From the NCBI RefSeq assembly GCF_009914755.1, contig NC_060942.1: a DNA stretch of 64,000 bases. The stretch is one strand, 5' to 3'. Shown here in pieces: positions 1 through 15,936 of this stretch. The translations under genes and the position numbers were made by a program. The notes beneath the pieces are model-generated. The model made no database searches. It was not told the DNA's origin and worked only from the letters and a program-made list of their open reading frames with translations. Position 1 is the stretch's first letter. Every line of letters starts with the position of its first letter. Source of the stretch: the human T2T-CHM13v2.0 reference genome, Homo sapiens.

Positions 1-844
1 AGCTATGGCTAACAGGAGCCAAGGTACAGCTAGGGTCGTGGCTTCAGATAATGCCAAGTCTGAAGCCTGGTCAGATTCCACACAGTATTGATCCTGCAGG
101 TGCACAGAAGTCAAAAATTCAGGTTTGCGAACCTCCACCTAGATTTCAGAAGATGTATGGAAACACCTGGATTTCCAGCCAAAAGTTTGCAGCAGGGGCA
201 GGGCCCTCATGAAGAACCTCTCCGGGGGCAGTATAGAAGGGAAATGTGGGGTTGGAGCCCCCACACAGAGTCCCTACTGGGACACTGGCTACTGGAGCTG
301 TGAGAAGAGGGCCACCATCCTTCAGAGACTACAATATTAGATCCACCAACAGCTTGCACCATGCACCTGGAAAAGCCACAGACACTCAATGCCAGTCCGT
401 GAAAGCAGCTGGGAGGGAGGCTGTACCCTGCAAAGCCACAGGGGCGAAGCTGCCCAAGACCATGAGAATCCACCTCTTGCATCAGTGTGACCTGGATGTG
501 AGACATGGCATCAAAGGAGATCATTTTGGAGCTTTAAGATTTGACTGCCCCACTGGTTTTCAGACTTACAAGGAGCTTGTAGTCTCTCTGATTTTGGCCA
601 ATTTCTCCCATTTGGAATGACTGCATTTACCAAATGCCTGTACCCCCATTCTATCTAGGAAGTAACTAACTTGCTTTTTATTTTACAGGCTCATAGGTGT
701 AAGAGACTTGCTTTGTCTCAGATGAGACTTTGGACTGGACTTTTGAGTTAATGCTGAAATGAGTTAAGAATTTGGGGAACTGTTCAGAAGTCATGATTGG
801 TTTGAAATGTAAGGATGTGAGATTTGGGAGGGGCCAGGGGCAAA
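1..844 (+). mobile_element. THE1 (MaLR) internal region, 3' part
   Basis: Matches recalled THE1-int sequence and ends in a polypurine tract GGGAGGGGCCAGGGGCAAA immediately before the LTR. Confidence 0.85.
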
Positions 845-1202
845 TGATATGGTCCGGCTATGTCCCCACTGAAGTCTCATCTTGAATTGTAGGTCCCATA
901 TTTCCCACATGTGAGAGGGACCCAGTGGGCGATAATTGAATAATGGAGGCAGTTTTCCCCATACTGTTTTCATGGTACTGAATAAGACTCATGACATCTG
1001 ATGGTTCTATAATGGAAAACCCCTTTCACTTGGTCCTCAGTCTCTCTTTGCCTGCTGCCATGTAAGATGTCCCTTGGTCTTCTGCCATGATTGTGAAACC
1101 TCTCAAGCCACGTGGAACTGTGATTCCATTAAACCTTTTTTTCTTTACAAATTACCCAGCCTTGGGTATGTCTTATTAGCAGGATGAAAACATACTAATA
1201 CA
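845..1202 (+). mobile_element. THE1C-like 3' LTR
   Basis: TGATATGG...ACTAATACA termini, ATTAAA polyA signal, THE1C-type CCCCATACTG and GGAAAACCCCTTTC segments. Confidence 0.9.
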
Positions 1203-1214
1203 CTGATAGCCTTA

Positions 1215-2720
<1,506 letters not shown>

Positions 2721-2903
2721 TGTATTAGTCTGTTTTCACGCTGCTAGTAAAGAAATACCCAAGACTGGGTAATTTATAAATAAAAAGAGGTTTAATGAAC
2801 TAACAGTTCCCCAATGGCTGGGGAGACCTCACACTCATGTTGGAAGGTAAAAGGCATGTCTTACATGGCAGCAGGCTAGAGAGAAAAATGAGAGCCAAGT
2901 GAA
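2721..2903 (-). mobile_element. Truncated THE1C-like LTR
   Basis: Starts TGTATTAGTC (reverse LTR end) and breaks off at GAGAGCCAAGTGAAA. Confidence 0.85.
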
Positions 2904-3830
2904 ATAAAAAATAAAATAAATAAAAATAAAAAATAAAGAAAAAAGCCTGTTAAATAATATTAAGAAAAAGAAAAATCTAGCATTCAATATGATGTTTTTA
3001 TGTATGTTTACATCAATTAAAAATTAACTAAATAAAAAAAGTATGAAAATGTTAAATTTGAATAAAAAACGTAGAATCAAATAAAAAGTTTCTAGATGTG
3101 AATAATAATAATAAGAAAACTTTATTGACTACTTAGAGGAATTAATGTCTTTCAATATGAATAGATTTAGAAGTAAGAGGAATTATTGAAGTTGCAACTA
3201 AAAAAATAACAATCACAAATAAAATCAGTGATTCACAAAAAGCAAAAAATTGCTGAGAATAACAAATAAAAAAACTATTTAAAAGAACCAAACGAAAAGT
3301 CTGGAACAGAATGTATACACAATTGAACATAAAAACTAATATTTTAAAATTTCTAGAAAAGGGAGGATAATTTATTGTGACTTTTAATTAAGCAAAGATT
3401 TGTTAAACAAGACACATATTTTACATTTCTAAATAATATTAAATGAACCTCAAAATTAAAAACATCTGACTTTCAGTAGACATTGTTAAGACAATGAAAA
3501 TACAAGCTCATAAATTGGAAAAAAACATTTGCAATACACACGACAAAAAATTATACATTCAGAATCAATATATAAAGAATACGTACTATGCTATTATGTA
3601 TATACACGTGTATATACACTATAAATGTATACATTATATAATAAATTACATACTAAATTTAAAAACTAAGACAAACTACCAAATAAAGAATTGGCAAAAT
3701 ACCTGACTAGAAGTTAAAATACATAAATGGTCACAAGCATGTGACAAGATCATAATGAATCAGGGAAATGCAAATTAAAACTGAAATGAGATACAAACAC
3801 ATACATAGAATAGCAAAAAGTGTTGTCATG

Positions 3831-4208
3831 TGTATTAGTCCATTCTCATGCTCCTAATAAAGACATACCTGAGACTGGGTAATTTATAAAGAAAAAAGGT
3901 TTAATTGACTCACTTTTCAGCAGGGTTGGGTAGGCCCCAGGAAACTTACAATTATGGCAGAAGGGGAAACAAACATGTCCTTCTTCACAGGGCAGCAGGA
4001 AGGAGAAGAATGAGAGCCGAGCGAAGGGGGAAGCCCCTTATAAAACCATCAGATCTCATGAGAACTTACTCACTATAACGAGAATAGTATGCGGGAAATA
4101 GCTCCCATGATTTAACTGCCTCTCACAGGTTCCCTCCCATGACACATGGGGATGATGGGAACTACAATTCAAGATGAGATTGGGTGGGGACACAGCCAGA
4201 CCATATCA
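3831..4208 (-). mobile_element. THE1D-like solo LTR
   Basis: TGTATTAGTC...CCATATCA termini; degenerate 5-bp TSD TCATG/GCAAG within the L1. Confidence 0.9.
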
Positions 4209-4518
4209 GCAAGGATGTGGAGTAGCTGAAATTCTCATTCATAGTTGTTGGGAGTGTAAAATGGTATAAACACTTTGGAGAAACTTTGGCCAATATTATA
4301 ACATATGAACTAGCAATTCAACTCATAGGCAATTTAGAAAAATGAAAACGTACTTTCACAAGAAGATTTGTAGATGCATGTTTCATAGCAGTTTTAATTG
4401 TGATAGTCAAACAAGAGTCTTGAAACAATGTAAATGTTCATCACCAGGTGAATGGATAAACTACTAGTAGTGTATCCATACACTGGAACACTAGTCAACA
4501 ATAAAAAAGAAAGATATT

Positions 4519-5369
4519 ACAAGAAAAAAACAAACAACCCCATCAAAAAGTGGGCAAAGGAGATGAACAGACACTTCTCAAAAGAAGACATTTATGCAGC
4601 CAAAAGACACATGAAAAAATGCTCATCATCACTGGTCATCAGAGGAATGCAAATCAAAACCACAATGAGATACCATCTCACACCAGTTAGAATGGTGATC
4701 ATTAAAAAGTCAGGAAACAACAGGTGCTGGAGAGGATGTGGAGAAACAGGAACACTTTTACACTGTTGGTGGGACTGTAAACTAGTTCAACCACTGTGGA
4801 AGTCAGTGTGGTGATTCCTCAGGGATCTAGAACTAGAAATACCATTTGACCCAGCAATCCCATTACTGGGTATATACCCAAAGGATTATAAATCATGCTG
4901 CTATAAAGATACACGCATATGTATGTTTATTGTGGCACTATTCACAATAGCAAAGACTTGGAACCAAACCAAATGTCCAACAACGATAGACTGGATTAAG
5001 AAAATGTGGCACATATACACCATGGAATACTATGCAGCCATAAAACTGATGAGTTCATGTCCTTTGTAGGGACATGGATGAAGCTGGAAACCATCATTCT
5101 CAGCAAACTATTGCAAGGACAAAAAACCAAACACCGCATGTTCTCACTCATAGGTGGGAATTGAACAATGAGAACACATGGACACAGGAAGGGGAACATC
5201 ACACCCTGGGGCCTGTTGTGGGGTGGGGGGAGGGGGGAGGGATGGCATTGGGAGATATACCTAATGTAAACGATGAGTTAATGGGTACAGCACACCAACA
5301 TGGCACATGTATACATATGTAACTAACCTGCACGTTGTGCACATGTACCCTAGAACTTAAAGTATAATA
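4519..5369 (+). mobile_element. 5'-truncated L1PA (about PA4-6), ORF2 C-terminus plus 3'UTR
   Basis: NNPIKKWAK...[25 protein letters not shown]; G-rich 3'UTR; 16-bp TSD AAAAAAGAAAGATATT at 4503-4518 and 5370-5385. Confidence 0.95.
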
Positions 5370-8300
5370 AAAAAAGAAAGATATTCAAACATTCAGCAAA
5401 ATGAATGAATCTCAGAAACATGCTAAGCAAAACACCCAAATACTAAAGAAAACACAATCTATGATTCCATTTATATGACATTTCAGAACAGCCAAACTGA
5501 TCTACAGTAAAAGAAAGCAACTTCGTGGTTCTCCAGGACTTGGAATTAGGGTGAAAGATTGAATGCAAAAGGCCCTGAGAATTTTTGTAAGTTGATGGAA
5601 ATATTCTACACCTTAATTGGGGGGTTACATGGTGTGTATATTTGTGAAATTATACATTTAAAATGGGTACATTTTCTTGAACATAAATTATATTATAAAA
5701 ATGTTTATTTCAAAGTATAAGAGAAAAATAAAAGGGGATATTTTTAAGTAAATTATATACTCACTTTTACGTTTGGAACTATAATTATTACAAATAAATA
5801 ATTCTTGGCATTATGAACATCAGACGTCTCAAATGGAGCCCGGTGTTTTTCCTACAAAAAAAGTAAATGCTGCAGCTGAGTTAGAAGAATTCAAAGATGC
5901 ACAGTTGCTACTCAAAAGATAAGCATATATTTTCAAAACCTGTAAACATAAAAGGAAATAAAGCAACAACTGTTTAGAATATTTCTAGAATAATCATTTA
6001 TCTAGAAGTGTTTGCATTATTGAGGCAGTAAGCTAGGTAGACTAATATCAAACGTTAGTTATTTTTATAAATGACAATCCTAAAATAGAATCTTCTCATG
6101 CCCTATTTCCTATCAATTTATTTCCATTATAATAAAATATTATCTTACTGATTTTTTGTTTTAAGATTTTTTTTGGCTTCACAATTTTATATTGTCCCCA
6201 AAATTAAAAATACATATATTTCCATTGTTACATTCAGTTTTCTAAAATCTGTTATGTTAAAAAATCATTTATTTTTAGTTCATTTCAGATATAGATAACA
6301 CTTCATATATGTTATCTTCCATATGAAACATAACTCCAATGTGAAACAAAAGAAATATTACACCCCATCCTCTCTGTAAATCAGTTGAAAACATACTAAG
6401 TATAGATAAAATTTACATTAACTTTTAGTGAAAATCATTTTAATAATGGATTTTTTTAATATTTTAAAATACCTATTGAAAGATTATTTACAAATTATAT
6501 TTAAATAACTTCAAATAAACAAGAATAAAAAGCTGAAATTATAATAACTTACTTTTGGATAATTACTAATTAATATCTTTGCAAAGCCAAAAACTTAGCC
6601 TTAAGGAGTAATAAATGTAAAAAATAATAATAAAAGTAAATGATGAGAATCAAAGTTTGCTCTGAGAATAATTGTGTATGAAACAAAATCATTTCTTGGT
6701 GAAGTGTCACATTTATTTTATATAAACTAATATGAGTTCATCCTTTCATTTATAAATTAAATCATCATAAAATATCTATCACTTTTGATAACCTATTACA
6801 TTTTCAAAATATTCATCCAAATGAGTAATTATTCATATTATTCCTACATTCAACTGAAGAAATTGAAGACAGCCAATTTATTGGACTAGCCCCAGGATAT
6901 ATCAGTTGTCAACAGCGAAACTAAAATTTGATATGATTTCTGGTTGCCTCTTTCACCAAGCCAGACAAAGAACTGTAATTTTGAAAAGATTATCTGATAA
7001 TATTCAGTATATTTTATTTTCTTTGGTTCTTTAACATTATACTACCTATCAAAAGAATTATTTGAGATATTTTATTTGTTCATTACAAATCTTTAAACTG
7101 ATTTTAATGTGGTATACTTAAAAATATTTTTTACAGAAATTTCCTAATATTAACTAAAAAAAATGAAGAGTTTGTTTACCACTCCCTGAGATTAACTGCT
7201 GTCTATAATTATATAATCCTTATTTGTATTCAGGAAATTTCTAAGTTTCTCCTAAATTTTATGAAAAGAATATAGAGCAATGTATTAAAAATGATATGGA
7301 GACTGTGAAAAAAGTGCCATACAAATATGAAAATTAAGTTTACAATCTACCTCCTTCTTTTATAATTACTGCATTGAATCATGACAGAATTCCTAAAGCC
7401 CTTTAAATCTTGAAACATATTTTTCTAAAGAAATATGTTTATAGTTTACTTCTATGATTACATTCACTTTATTTGAGAATCCATAAAATTTATTCCATAA
7501 ATTTAGCTAAACCTTAAAATTGACTTGAATTCTGTAGCTATATATGTTACTATATTTGCTTATATATGTGCATGTATATGTGCATGTATGTATATATAAA
7601 TTAAGTCTGCAGAACATTCCTGTGAGGCAGTTATTACTATTTTTCCCAATTCGGCATATTTATACTCACTGCCATTACCTGGGAGTTTTTGTATTTTAGT
7701 TTCTATCATTAAATAAACCCCTTCAATTTGTTATCAATCTAGATCAGATCAAGTTGCCACTGTCTCCTAAGATATGCTAATTTTGAAGGTTTTTGACCCT
7801 GTCACACTCCCTGTCAGTGGCCAACCAAGAACAAGGTTAGTTGGGATAAAACTGGCTTAATCTTGGCCCCTTCTTCATAATGTCTTAGCATGCTTTGCTG
7901 GAAAATTCAAATGTGTTAAGCCAAGTTTACAATAAGTTGTTAGCTTTATCAAATTGTTATCAAAGTGCAAGACTACATATTAAATTCTACCAGTAAGTAA
8001 TGATATATTTATTTATGTACTCTGACAGAATTATTATTAGCCGTGTCCCTGAGTCTGTGCTTTTAGATAATTTAAATATTTGAATTCAACTGTTCTCACC
8101 AAAAGAAAGATTATCAGAACCTAGAAGTAGATTACTGCTTTTACCATAGTGGTTATACATTGAATCAAAATTATGTTATATAAAGTTTCTGCATATATAA
8201 AAGTAATAAAGAAAGAAAGGAAAATTCAGACATCCTCTAGGAATTACTAATACATCCATCTACATTTCTGCCAGAGAATGTGGTAAGAGTGTTATAAAAG

Positions 8301-8800
8301 CATCGTTTTGACATCAAATACAATTTGAGGGCAAAAGAATATAAAATTGTCTATAACTCTTGTAATTGCATTGATTCCAAAAATGATCCAAAGGCACTTC
8401 TTCAATCTTTGAAAATATGATACTTATTATGGTGAAAAAAAATAAGAAAACAGAAGAAATCAAAACATTTTTCAAGGAAAATGACTTTACTTAGTTTAAA
8501 ATAAGAATAAAAATAATGTTTTTTCTTCCACTAGACAGTTAAACCACAGAAAGAGAAAATGGCTGATAACTAAACATAGTTTTTCTTGTACTATCACCCT
8601 GGGGGCAGTTCATTTCTGAAGATGACTGCATATTTCCATGCTGATCTCAATGAGCATTTGCTTAGAATAACTAGAGAAAGACTTGAAAAAAATAATGTTT
8701 TCATTTTGTATGCCAAATTTTTTATAAAATGTGTGCGCATTGTTGTGATAAGCAGCAATTGTCATACAGCATATTCAGGGGAAGGTGGGCCAGTGAACCC

Positions 8801-8993
8801 AGAGCTATCCAGAAACTTTCTGTAATGACGAAAATATTCCAAAATCTTCACTACCCAGTACCATCACTAGCCAAGTTTAGCTGTTGATCACCAGAAATGT
8901 GGCTAGTGCACTTAAGAAGGTGAATTTTTAATTGTATTCAATTTAAATGTAGATAGCCACACAGGGCTAGTGCCACCACACTGAACAAAACAA
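8801..8993. mobile_element. MER3 (hAT-Charlie MITE)
   Basis: AACTTTCTGTAATGACGAAAAT, GAAATGTGGCTAGTG and ATAGCCACACAGGGCTAGTG match the MER3 consensus. Confidence 0.75.
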
Positions 8994-9479
8994 TTCAGAT
9001 ACCACTCTTTCATTTTAGTTACAAAAAAAGTTGAAATGCAGATATGAGTTGCCTGATAATACAGCAAAAATGGCAGAAACTCCCACAGATACCCCATCTA
9101 ATAATGAGTTTGATGCCCTTTCTTCCTTTTAAAAGAAATATTTATCAGCACTTTCTGTAAGGGTAACAGGATGTTGAAGTTTAAGTAAGTGTATGTACAA
9201 AATGTGCACAAAAATGATCCACTGACTCAGGAATAGGTGTACTCTGAATCATTTTTTAAACATTTTTATTGCCTTTTTGGCACAGTGTCAGTATTTTATA
9301 AACAAACAGAGGTATCAAAAAAAAATCAAGGGAATTGAATCAAATCTGTGTTTACCCTGTGTATATAAGTTATATGGCAAAATTGGGTCATTGCATTATG
9401 AGAGATTGAGAATCTACAGTGAATGTGCTTACAGCAAGATGAAATGTGATAGATGTTTGATATGTGTTAACTTAATTGT

Positions 9480-9765
9480 TTTTAAGAGCTTGACTGAGGT
9501 ATAATTGCCATAAAACAAATTGCCCATGTTTCGTGTATATAGTTTGATAAGTGTGATGCTATGACATAGAATTTCTTTTACAGCAGTAAATTGGGGCAGT
9601 TGTAGAATTCACCTCATTTGGTTTTCCTCTTCTCATGGATTCTCATCTTGATTTGCCTGATCTCAAATACCTTGTTTCATATATCTTGTCCTGATTTTTA
9701 CTTGTTGTAGGCAAGAGTAAATCCAGTGTCTCTTACTCAGTCTTGTCCTGAAGTGAATGCCTGAT
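9480..9765 (-). mobile_element. Old L1M fragments
   Basis: TGAGGTATAATTG reverse 3' end, followed by an L1M 5'-type segment CACCTCATTTG...GTTTCATATATCTTGTCC. Confidence 0.55.
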
Positions 9766-10300
9766 TTGTAAACAGTTCGAGATACATCAAGAGGTGTTTT
9801 CACTCTTCCGCTGTTTCCCAGCAACCTTAAGCTTTTACTTTCCTACTCAAATTCTAGCATGTTCAACTGCCTTATACCTTGATCCTTTGTTAAAATCGAC
9901 CCCCTCCCAAAATTCTCGATAATATATCAATACCATTATCTGCCTCTGTTACTTACAATGACAAGCAGTCATGCTTTGCCAGCAAAAGTCACACAACCAA
10001 TTTATTTATTCAATATAAGATATGTGAGGAGTAGTTTTGTTGCAGTTTCATCTACAATTGGGTCTAGGAGAGGTGATTGGGGAGAATTCAGAAGTAATAT
10101 CAGATTTGGTTTAAATTACCCATGCTTATCAGGGACGTATAACTATTCCAAATATGTTTTGTATTACGCATATGTGCATCTTAAAAGCAAGCCATTGCAT
10201 CACTACTTGGAGACCTGTAGGAGGGGGCTGTGAGTTTGAGAATGAATTCAAAACTGTCTTAAGTAGTTTTAAGTAACTGGAGGCTTGACTCAAGCATCTG

Positions 10301-10500
10301 TAATAATATATAACATTTCTGAGGATTTAATATATGCCCAGAACATTTTAAGTGTTGTGTATTAACTTATCTTCTATCTTTTTAGATCTTGGTAATAACC
10401 CTGCAGCTATTATATTAACTCCATATTACAGATGAAAAACTGAAACATGAAGAAGTAAAAATGTACACTAGACTACAGAATTAGCAATGGAACTTGGTTT
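10301..10500 (-). mobile_element. MIR
   Basis: Core CCATATTACAGATGAAAAACTGA plus AT-rich MIR tail. Confidence 0.7.
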
Positions 10501-13252
10501 TATTTTGAACATTTGCTGTCATCACACACTGTGTTAAATGAATATTAACAGCATACAAGATGGAGAGAGGTAGACTGCATTCTTCAGAGAATACTGTGTG
10601 ATACCTGGACAGCACTAGTAGATTTGTGAAATGATTTTTTTCATTGATAGCTTTCTTTTTTGCCATTCATTTCTCTTATTTTTAGCACCCACGTCATTCT
10701 GGGTCCATTGTCTCAGGGGAAGACATCAAGGGAAAAATTAGAGAAAAGTATTTTCTGCTTTATGTTGTGTGGAGCAGGGGAGAGGGAGAGTCTTGAAGAA
10801 TGCCATCTTCTGTATCTTTCAAGAGATAACTGCAGAGCCTCACATGGCAGAAAATTACTGGCAATGGCCATCAGATATGGGAGGTCATGTAGGTGAGAAC
10901 AGAAGACACTGCAAAGGTGACCTTTGTGAGCCAGCACTGGATAAGGACAGTTGCCCCCAGTCAACACCTATGTGGACAAGGGTACAAATTCAACACCCCA
11001 ACCCGACCCCTGATACTTCACAAAGCTGCAGTAACCTTTTCTAGGGGAAAAGAGACAGAAACTCCAATTAGACAGTTATTAAGTTACAATAACTCTGGAC
11101 TGGTCATTGAAGGTAATGTGAGTTGTGGAAAAATAAGGAACACTCTACTCTTTGCACATTATGATTGTGTGCTGAGAGTAAACTCTGCCATGAGATCACA
11201 AAGATGTGGGTAAGGAACTCTGATGGTAACCCTGTGAGATTAATATGAAATGAGAATTTTACAAAGAACAGGATAATTAGGACTAAATGGAGAAGAGGTT
11301 GAACTGGTGATTTATGGAAAGGGGCCCTGACCAAAGAGATGTGAAAGGAGGTCAGGTATAGAACAGACTTAAGAATCTGATGAACTATAGTATCTTCTCT
11401 ACATGACGACACTGTCCAAAATTTCTTTCAGAAATTCTTTCAGATGAACTTTCCATATATTTTACGTAAACAGAATATGCCATTATGTGAGATACTAGCA
11501 ATGTTTTATTTGATATTATATGAGAGGCAGCGTGCTAGAGGCTTTGTAGACATATCTTTATCTTTTCAATAACTCTGAAATACATTAGAGTGTGCCTACC
11601 CTATAAGTAGTAGAGCCAAGGGGGAAAAACTAGTCTGAGTTTCAACAAAATCTTTTAAGTGCCGGGATACCATTTTAGGTTATTTTCAATAGTTTATTGA
11701 GTCATGTATTAAAATAATTATTCTATCACTTCATAATCATAAAAACTGAACAGTAAGGGAAAAGTATTTTTATTAAGTTGAAAGGAGAAATGAAAGGAAC
11801 GTATTTAAGCATATGAGTCAGGCAGGCCCACATGAGATTGCACCATTGGAAAAGGGATTCGACTAGAGTTCAGGGGTGGAAAGAAAGGAACTTATAGTAT
11901 GGAATGAAAAGAATCAAAATGCTACCAGGGCTCGAGAGAACAATTTTTCTTCCTTCACAATATTGCCTATCACTTCTGGAGAGCAGTCAGATTTTGAAGA
12001 TAAGAGAATGATTTATTGGAAACATACATTTAGACTTTTCCAGTGGTGTACATAATTTCATGTGCAATCACACACAGGCTGTGAAATTTTCTTTCCTCCT
12101 TGAAAACTAGTGTTACCCCTTATCACTGGAGGCAAAATAGTTTGATCCCGAAACAATGTAATTTATTGCTGCTGAGACCTCTCACACTCATTCTTTCCAC
12201 ACCTTGAAATCTTGATGCTTCTTGTACCAAGGACAAATGATTCAGAAGGCTCTATAGAAGAGTGAGGAGAAACTATAGAAAAAGATAACTCTTGGGGAAT
12301 TTGCTTTGAAGCGTTTTATGGGAGCAAAGGTACATTAATAGATAATATTCCACATGAGGTTATGATATTAAGATTGAACTTCATCTTTGAGTAAATGATG
12401 TAAACTCGATCATTGCATGAAAGAAAATCGTTTCTCAAAAGTCCAAGAACCTAATTTTTGGTCAACAAATATAATGGCCTGATTGGTCTGAATCTGAGAA
12501 TTTATTTAGAACTCTAACCTAAGACGTTCAAGCTGTAGCACAGGCATTGTGTAACTAAGAATGAAGGAATGTAAATCTATAGAGAAAGAAAATCATGAAG
12601 GCTATGTGCGGAGACTGTAGGAGAAATGCAAGGGAAGGGGGGATATAACCAAGGTCACTAATATTTTCGAAGATATAACATAGGTCTCCAGTGCCCAAAT
12701 TCAGAATATTTCTGGGGTTCTTAGGTTGATAAAACATCTCTACCTTCCATAATTATAATACAAATAAGTTATTTACTCACTTATTTGTTTACTTGAAATG
12801 TATTTAATTTATTTATACAAATTTATTTGCAATAAAAGATCTCTAATTAACCCAAGACAATAAGTCCGTTCTCATTTCTTCCTGCAGCTAAAACCCTTAG
12901 TATTCTCCATTAATACTTGAAACCATTTCCTGCATATTTTCCCAAATGTTAGGAAATAACATCAAAATAGCATTGTTTCCCGGCTTCATTACTGATTTTG
13001 ACATTGAATTAACACCTGTTTTAGATACACTTTAGTTCTTCTAAAGGCATTTTTTTTAACTTGGATTACAAACTTTTAGAAGGCATATTATGAATATGAG
13101 ATATCCTCATACTTCTGCAACATATAATACATTTTATGTACATTTTAAAGAACACTGAACTGTCTGTTGATTAAGTGGAATAAAAATGTGAATATAATAG
13201 CAAATTTAAGCAATTTCTGGGTGCCATTGTCTACTTAAGAAATAGTGATAAT

Positions 13253-13689
<437 letters not shown>

Positions 13690-14410
13690 TCAGTGATAGA
13701 AAAGTTTGAAATTTTGCTGATCCTAAGTATGCATTGCTTAAATAGGACCACCTATTAATACTCCATGGGACAGCCAAATCTATATTATTTTATTTGTCTG
13801 GGTAGCTATTTTAGAGTAAAATCTTTCTTACTGTTTCTTTTTTTCTTCCTTCCTTTTTTGCTTGTTCTTCTGAGAATAGCATAGGCATATTAACAGAAAA
13901 TAATATTCTCTTGGCCTCACTATTTTCATGCTTCTTCAGAACAACCTTCATTTTCTTAATGCAAATGTACAGCACAATGTATTGGCCATCACACTATGCA
14001 GCTACCTGCTGTATGAATGCTAAATGTATTTCTTTTGAAAAATAGTATATAAAACTATGAAATTGTAGCTAGTATCTGAGTTTAACAAATTATCATAATA
14101 TTGAATCTTTTACACATGAATTTTTAAAATTATTTGGAGAACTTCTGAGTAGGTGATGCCAGCCACCTAAAACTGAATCTCTCCATATATCCTCCAAAAC
14201 CTATAGTTAAAAAAAAAAGTCACAAATAGAACAAAATAAATCCCCTGTCTTCAGAATAACTGGGGCACGGAAAACACGATGTAGTTATAACTAGTCATGA
14301 GTAGAAAAATGTGTTTCAAATTTTTTATAGTGCTGTCTGTCAGTCTTTCTCCACAGCTTTTACAAAGAATGAGACGTGAGTCTGGCAAACGTGCACGAAA
14401 AAGAAGAATA

Positions 14411-14618
14411 GGCCAGGAATGTTGGCTCATGTTTGTAATCCCAGAATATTGGGAGGCTGAGGTGGGTGGATCTCTTGAACGCAGGAAGTCAAGGCTGCAG
14501 TGAGCCATGATTATGCCACTGCACTTTAGCACCCCAGCCTGGAAGGCAGAGCAAGACCCTATTACAAACAAGCAAACAACAACAACAACAACAAAAAAGC
14601 AGAGAGAGAGAGAGAGAA
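14411..14618 (+). mobile_element. Monomeric Alu (FAM/FRAM-like or arm-recombined AluJ) with (CAA)n and (GA)n tail
   Basis: Left-arm-like start joined directly to a right-arm end with J-type GTCAAGGCTGCAGTGAGCCATGAT. Confidence 0.8.
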
Positions 14619-15460
14619 AGGGCCAAATGACCCACCAGAAAATGTGAACGTATTTGTACAGATGAGATCACTGACTACAGCAAAGGAACTGCAAGGGAAC
14701 TCAAGGTAACTGTCCTGGAAAGTTCAAATTATGGGGAGAATGGGATTAAAAGGATAGAAGAGATGTCCTTGGGATTCTTGGATGTATGGGAGGAAGAAAA
14801 GGGGCAGGGGTTGATTTCAGCAAAATGGCAGAGTAGGCAGCTCCAAAGAAAGCCTGGGGAGAAGAAAGTAGGGACTGTCAGAACCAACGTTGTTAAAACC
14901 CTGGGAAACACAGGTTTATGATAACTCAGCAAACACTGAATCAGGAAAAAAGACAAGTTAAAAATAGGATAGGAAGGCTTTGTGTTGTTTACTCTAGAAT
15001 GAAAAGTGTGGTAGTGACACCTGAGTTGACAGATAAGTAACATAGAATTGAAAGTCAAGAAATCATACAGTACCTATGAAACTACTTATTTTAAAACATC
15101 AGCATTTCAAGTCACTCAGGGAAAGATAGACTACACATAAAAATCATCTCCAAGTAGATCACATACCTAAATGTAAAAAAAATTGAAATCCTGGAGTTAC
15201 TAAGATAAAGTATGGATGATTCCCCAATAACCTGTTGAAAATTTTTCATTCTATGACTCAAAATCTTGATGCAATAAAAAAAAATAAAATAAAATATTCA
15301 ACAAGAAAAAAAAGATCAGGAACTGAAAAAAACTGATTACATGATTATTTGTAAACGTGCTAAATTATGAATAAAGTCAAAAGATGAATTACAAGTTGGG
15401 AGAAAATATTTGTGCTGTATATTACAGATAATATGTTCATCCCTAATTTGTAAAATAACA

Positions 15461-15773
15461 TTTTTAATTTTACATTTATTTATTTTAAATGGACAGATTA
15501 AATAGTACATAATTATGTACAATATGACATCTTGAAGTATATATACATTGTGGAACGGTTAAATCTAGCTAATTGAGATATACATTGTCTCACATAGGTA
15601 TCATTTTTGTAGTGAGGACAATTAACATTCATTCTCTCAGCATTCTTTAAGAATACATCATCAACTATAGTCACTATGCTGTGCAATAGATCTCTTAAAC
15701 TTATTCCTTCTGCCTAACTGTAATGTTCCTATCCTTTGAGTAACATTTCCCCAGTTCCCTGTATCCCCAATCC
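15461..15773 (-). mobile_element. L1MA (about MA8-9) 3' end
   Basis: Reverse 3'UTR AACTATAGTCACTATGCTGTGCAATAGATCTC. Confidence 0.8.
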
Positions 15774-15936
15774 AAACTTCTGATAGAAGAGGCCGCAGCC
15801 TCCAGTGAGGGCCCCTTTTGGTCCATGGATATCCCACTTTGGGAAGTCATTTTGCTGGGGGTTGCATCATTTTTAAAGGTACAGGGTTGGAAAAGGCCAG
15901 TGGTTTTCAAACTCTGTTATTTGGAATCAAAATAAT

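Larger units (their letters stand above)
2960..5710 (+). mobile_element. Old L1M (MC/MD/ME-type) remnants: ORF1-like piece, ORF2 3' end and 3'UTR; host of later insertions
   Basis: AAAAGAACCAAACGAAAAGTCTGGAAC (ORF1-like), GGAAATGCAAATTAAAA, and 3'UTR TATGATTCCATTTATATGAC. Confidence 0.65.

Noticed and set aside
2904-3320. Very AT-rich stretch resembling foreign (bacterial or organellar) DNA
   Set aside because: No sustained ORF; contains motifs resembling old L1 ORF1
4452-4814. 120-aa ORF with Cys-rich C-terminus
   Set aside because: L1 ORF2p C-terminal fragment of a truncated L1PA, not a gene
5208-5252. G-quadruplex-forming tract (also 18446-18480)
   Set aside because: Standard L1PA 3'UTR feature
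8594-8609. CTCF-like CACCCTGGGGGCAG (also ~44730)
   Set aside because: Several mismatches to the core consensus; not supportable from sequence alone
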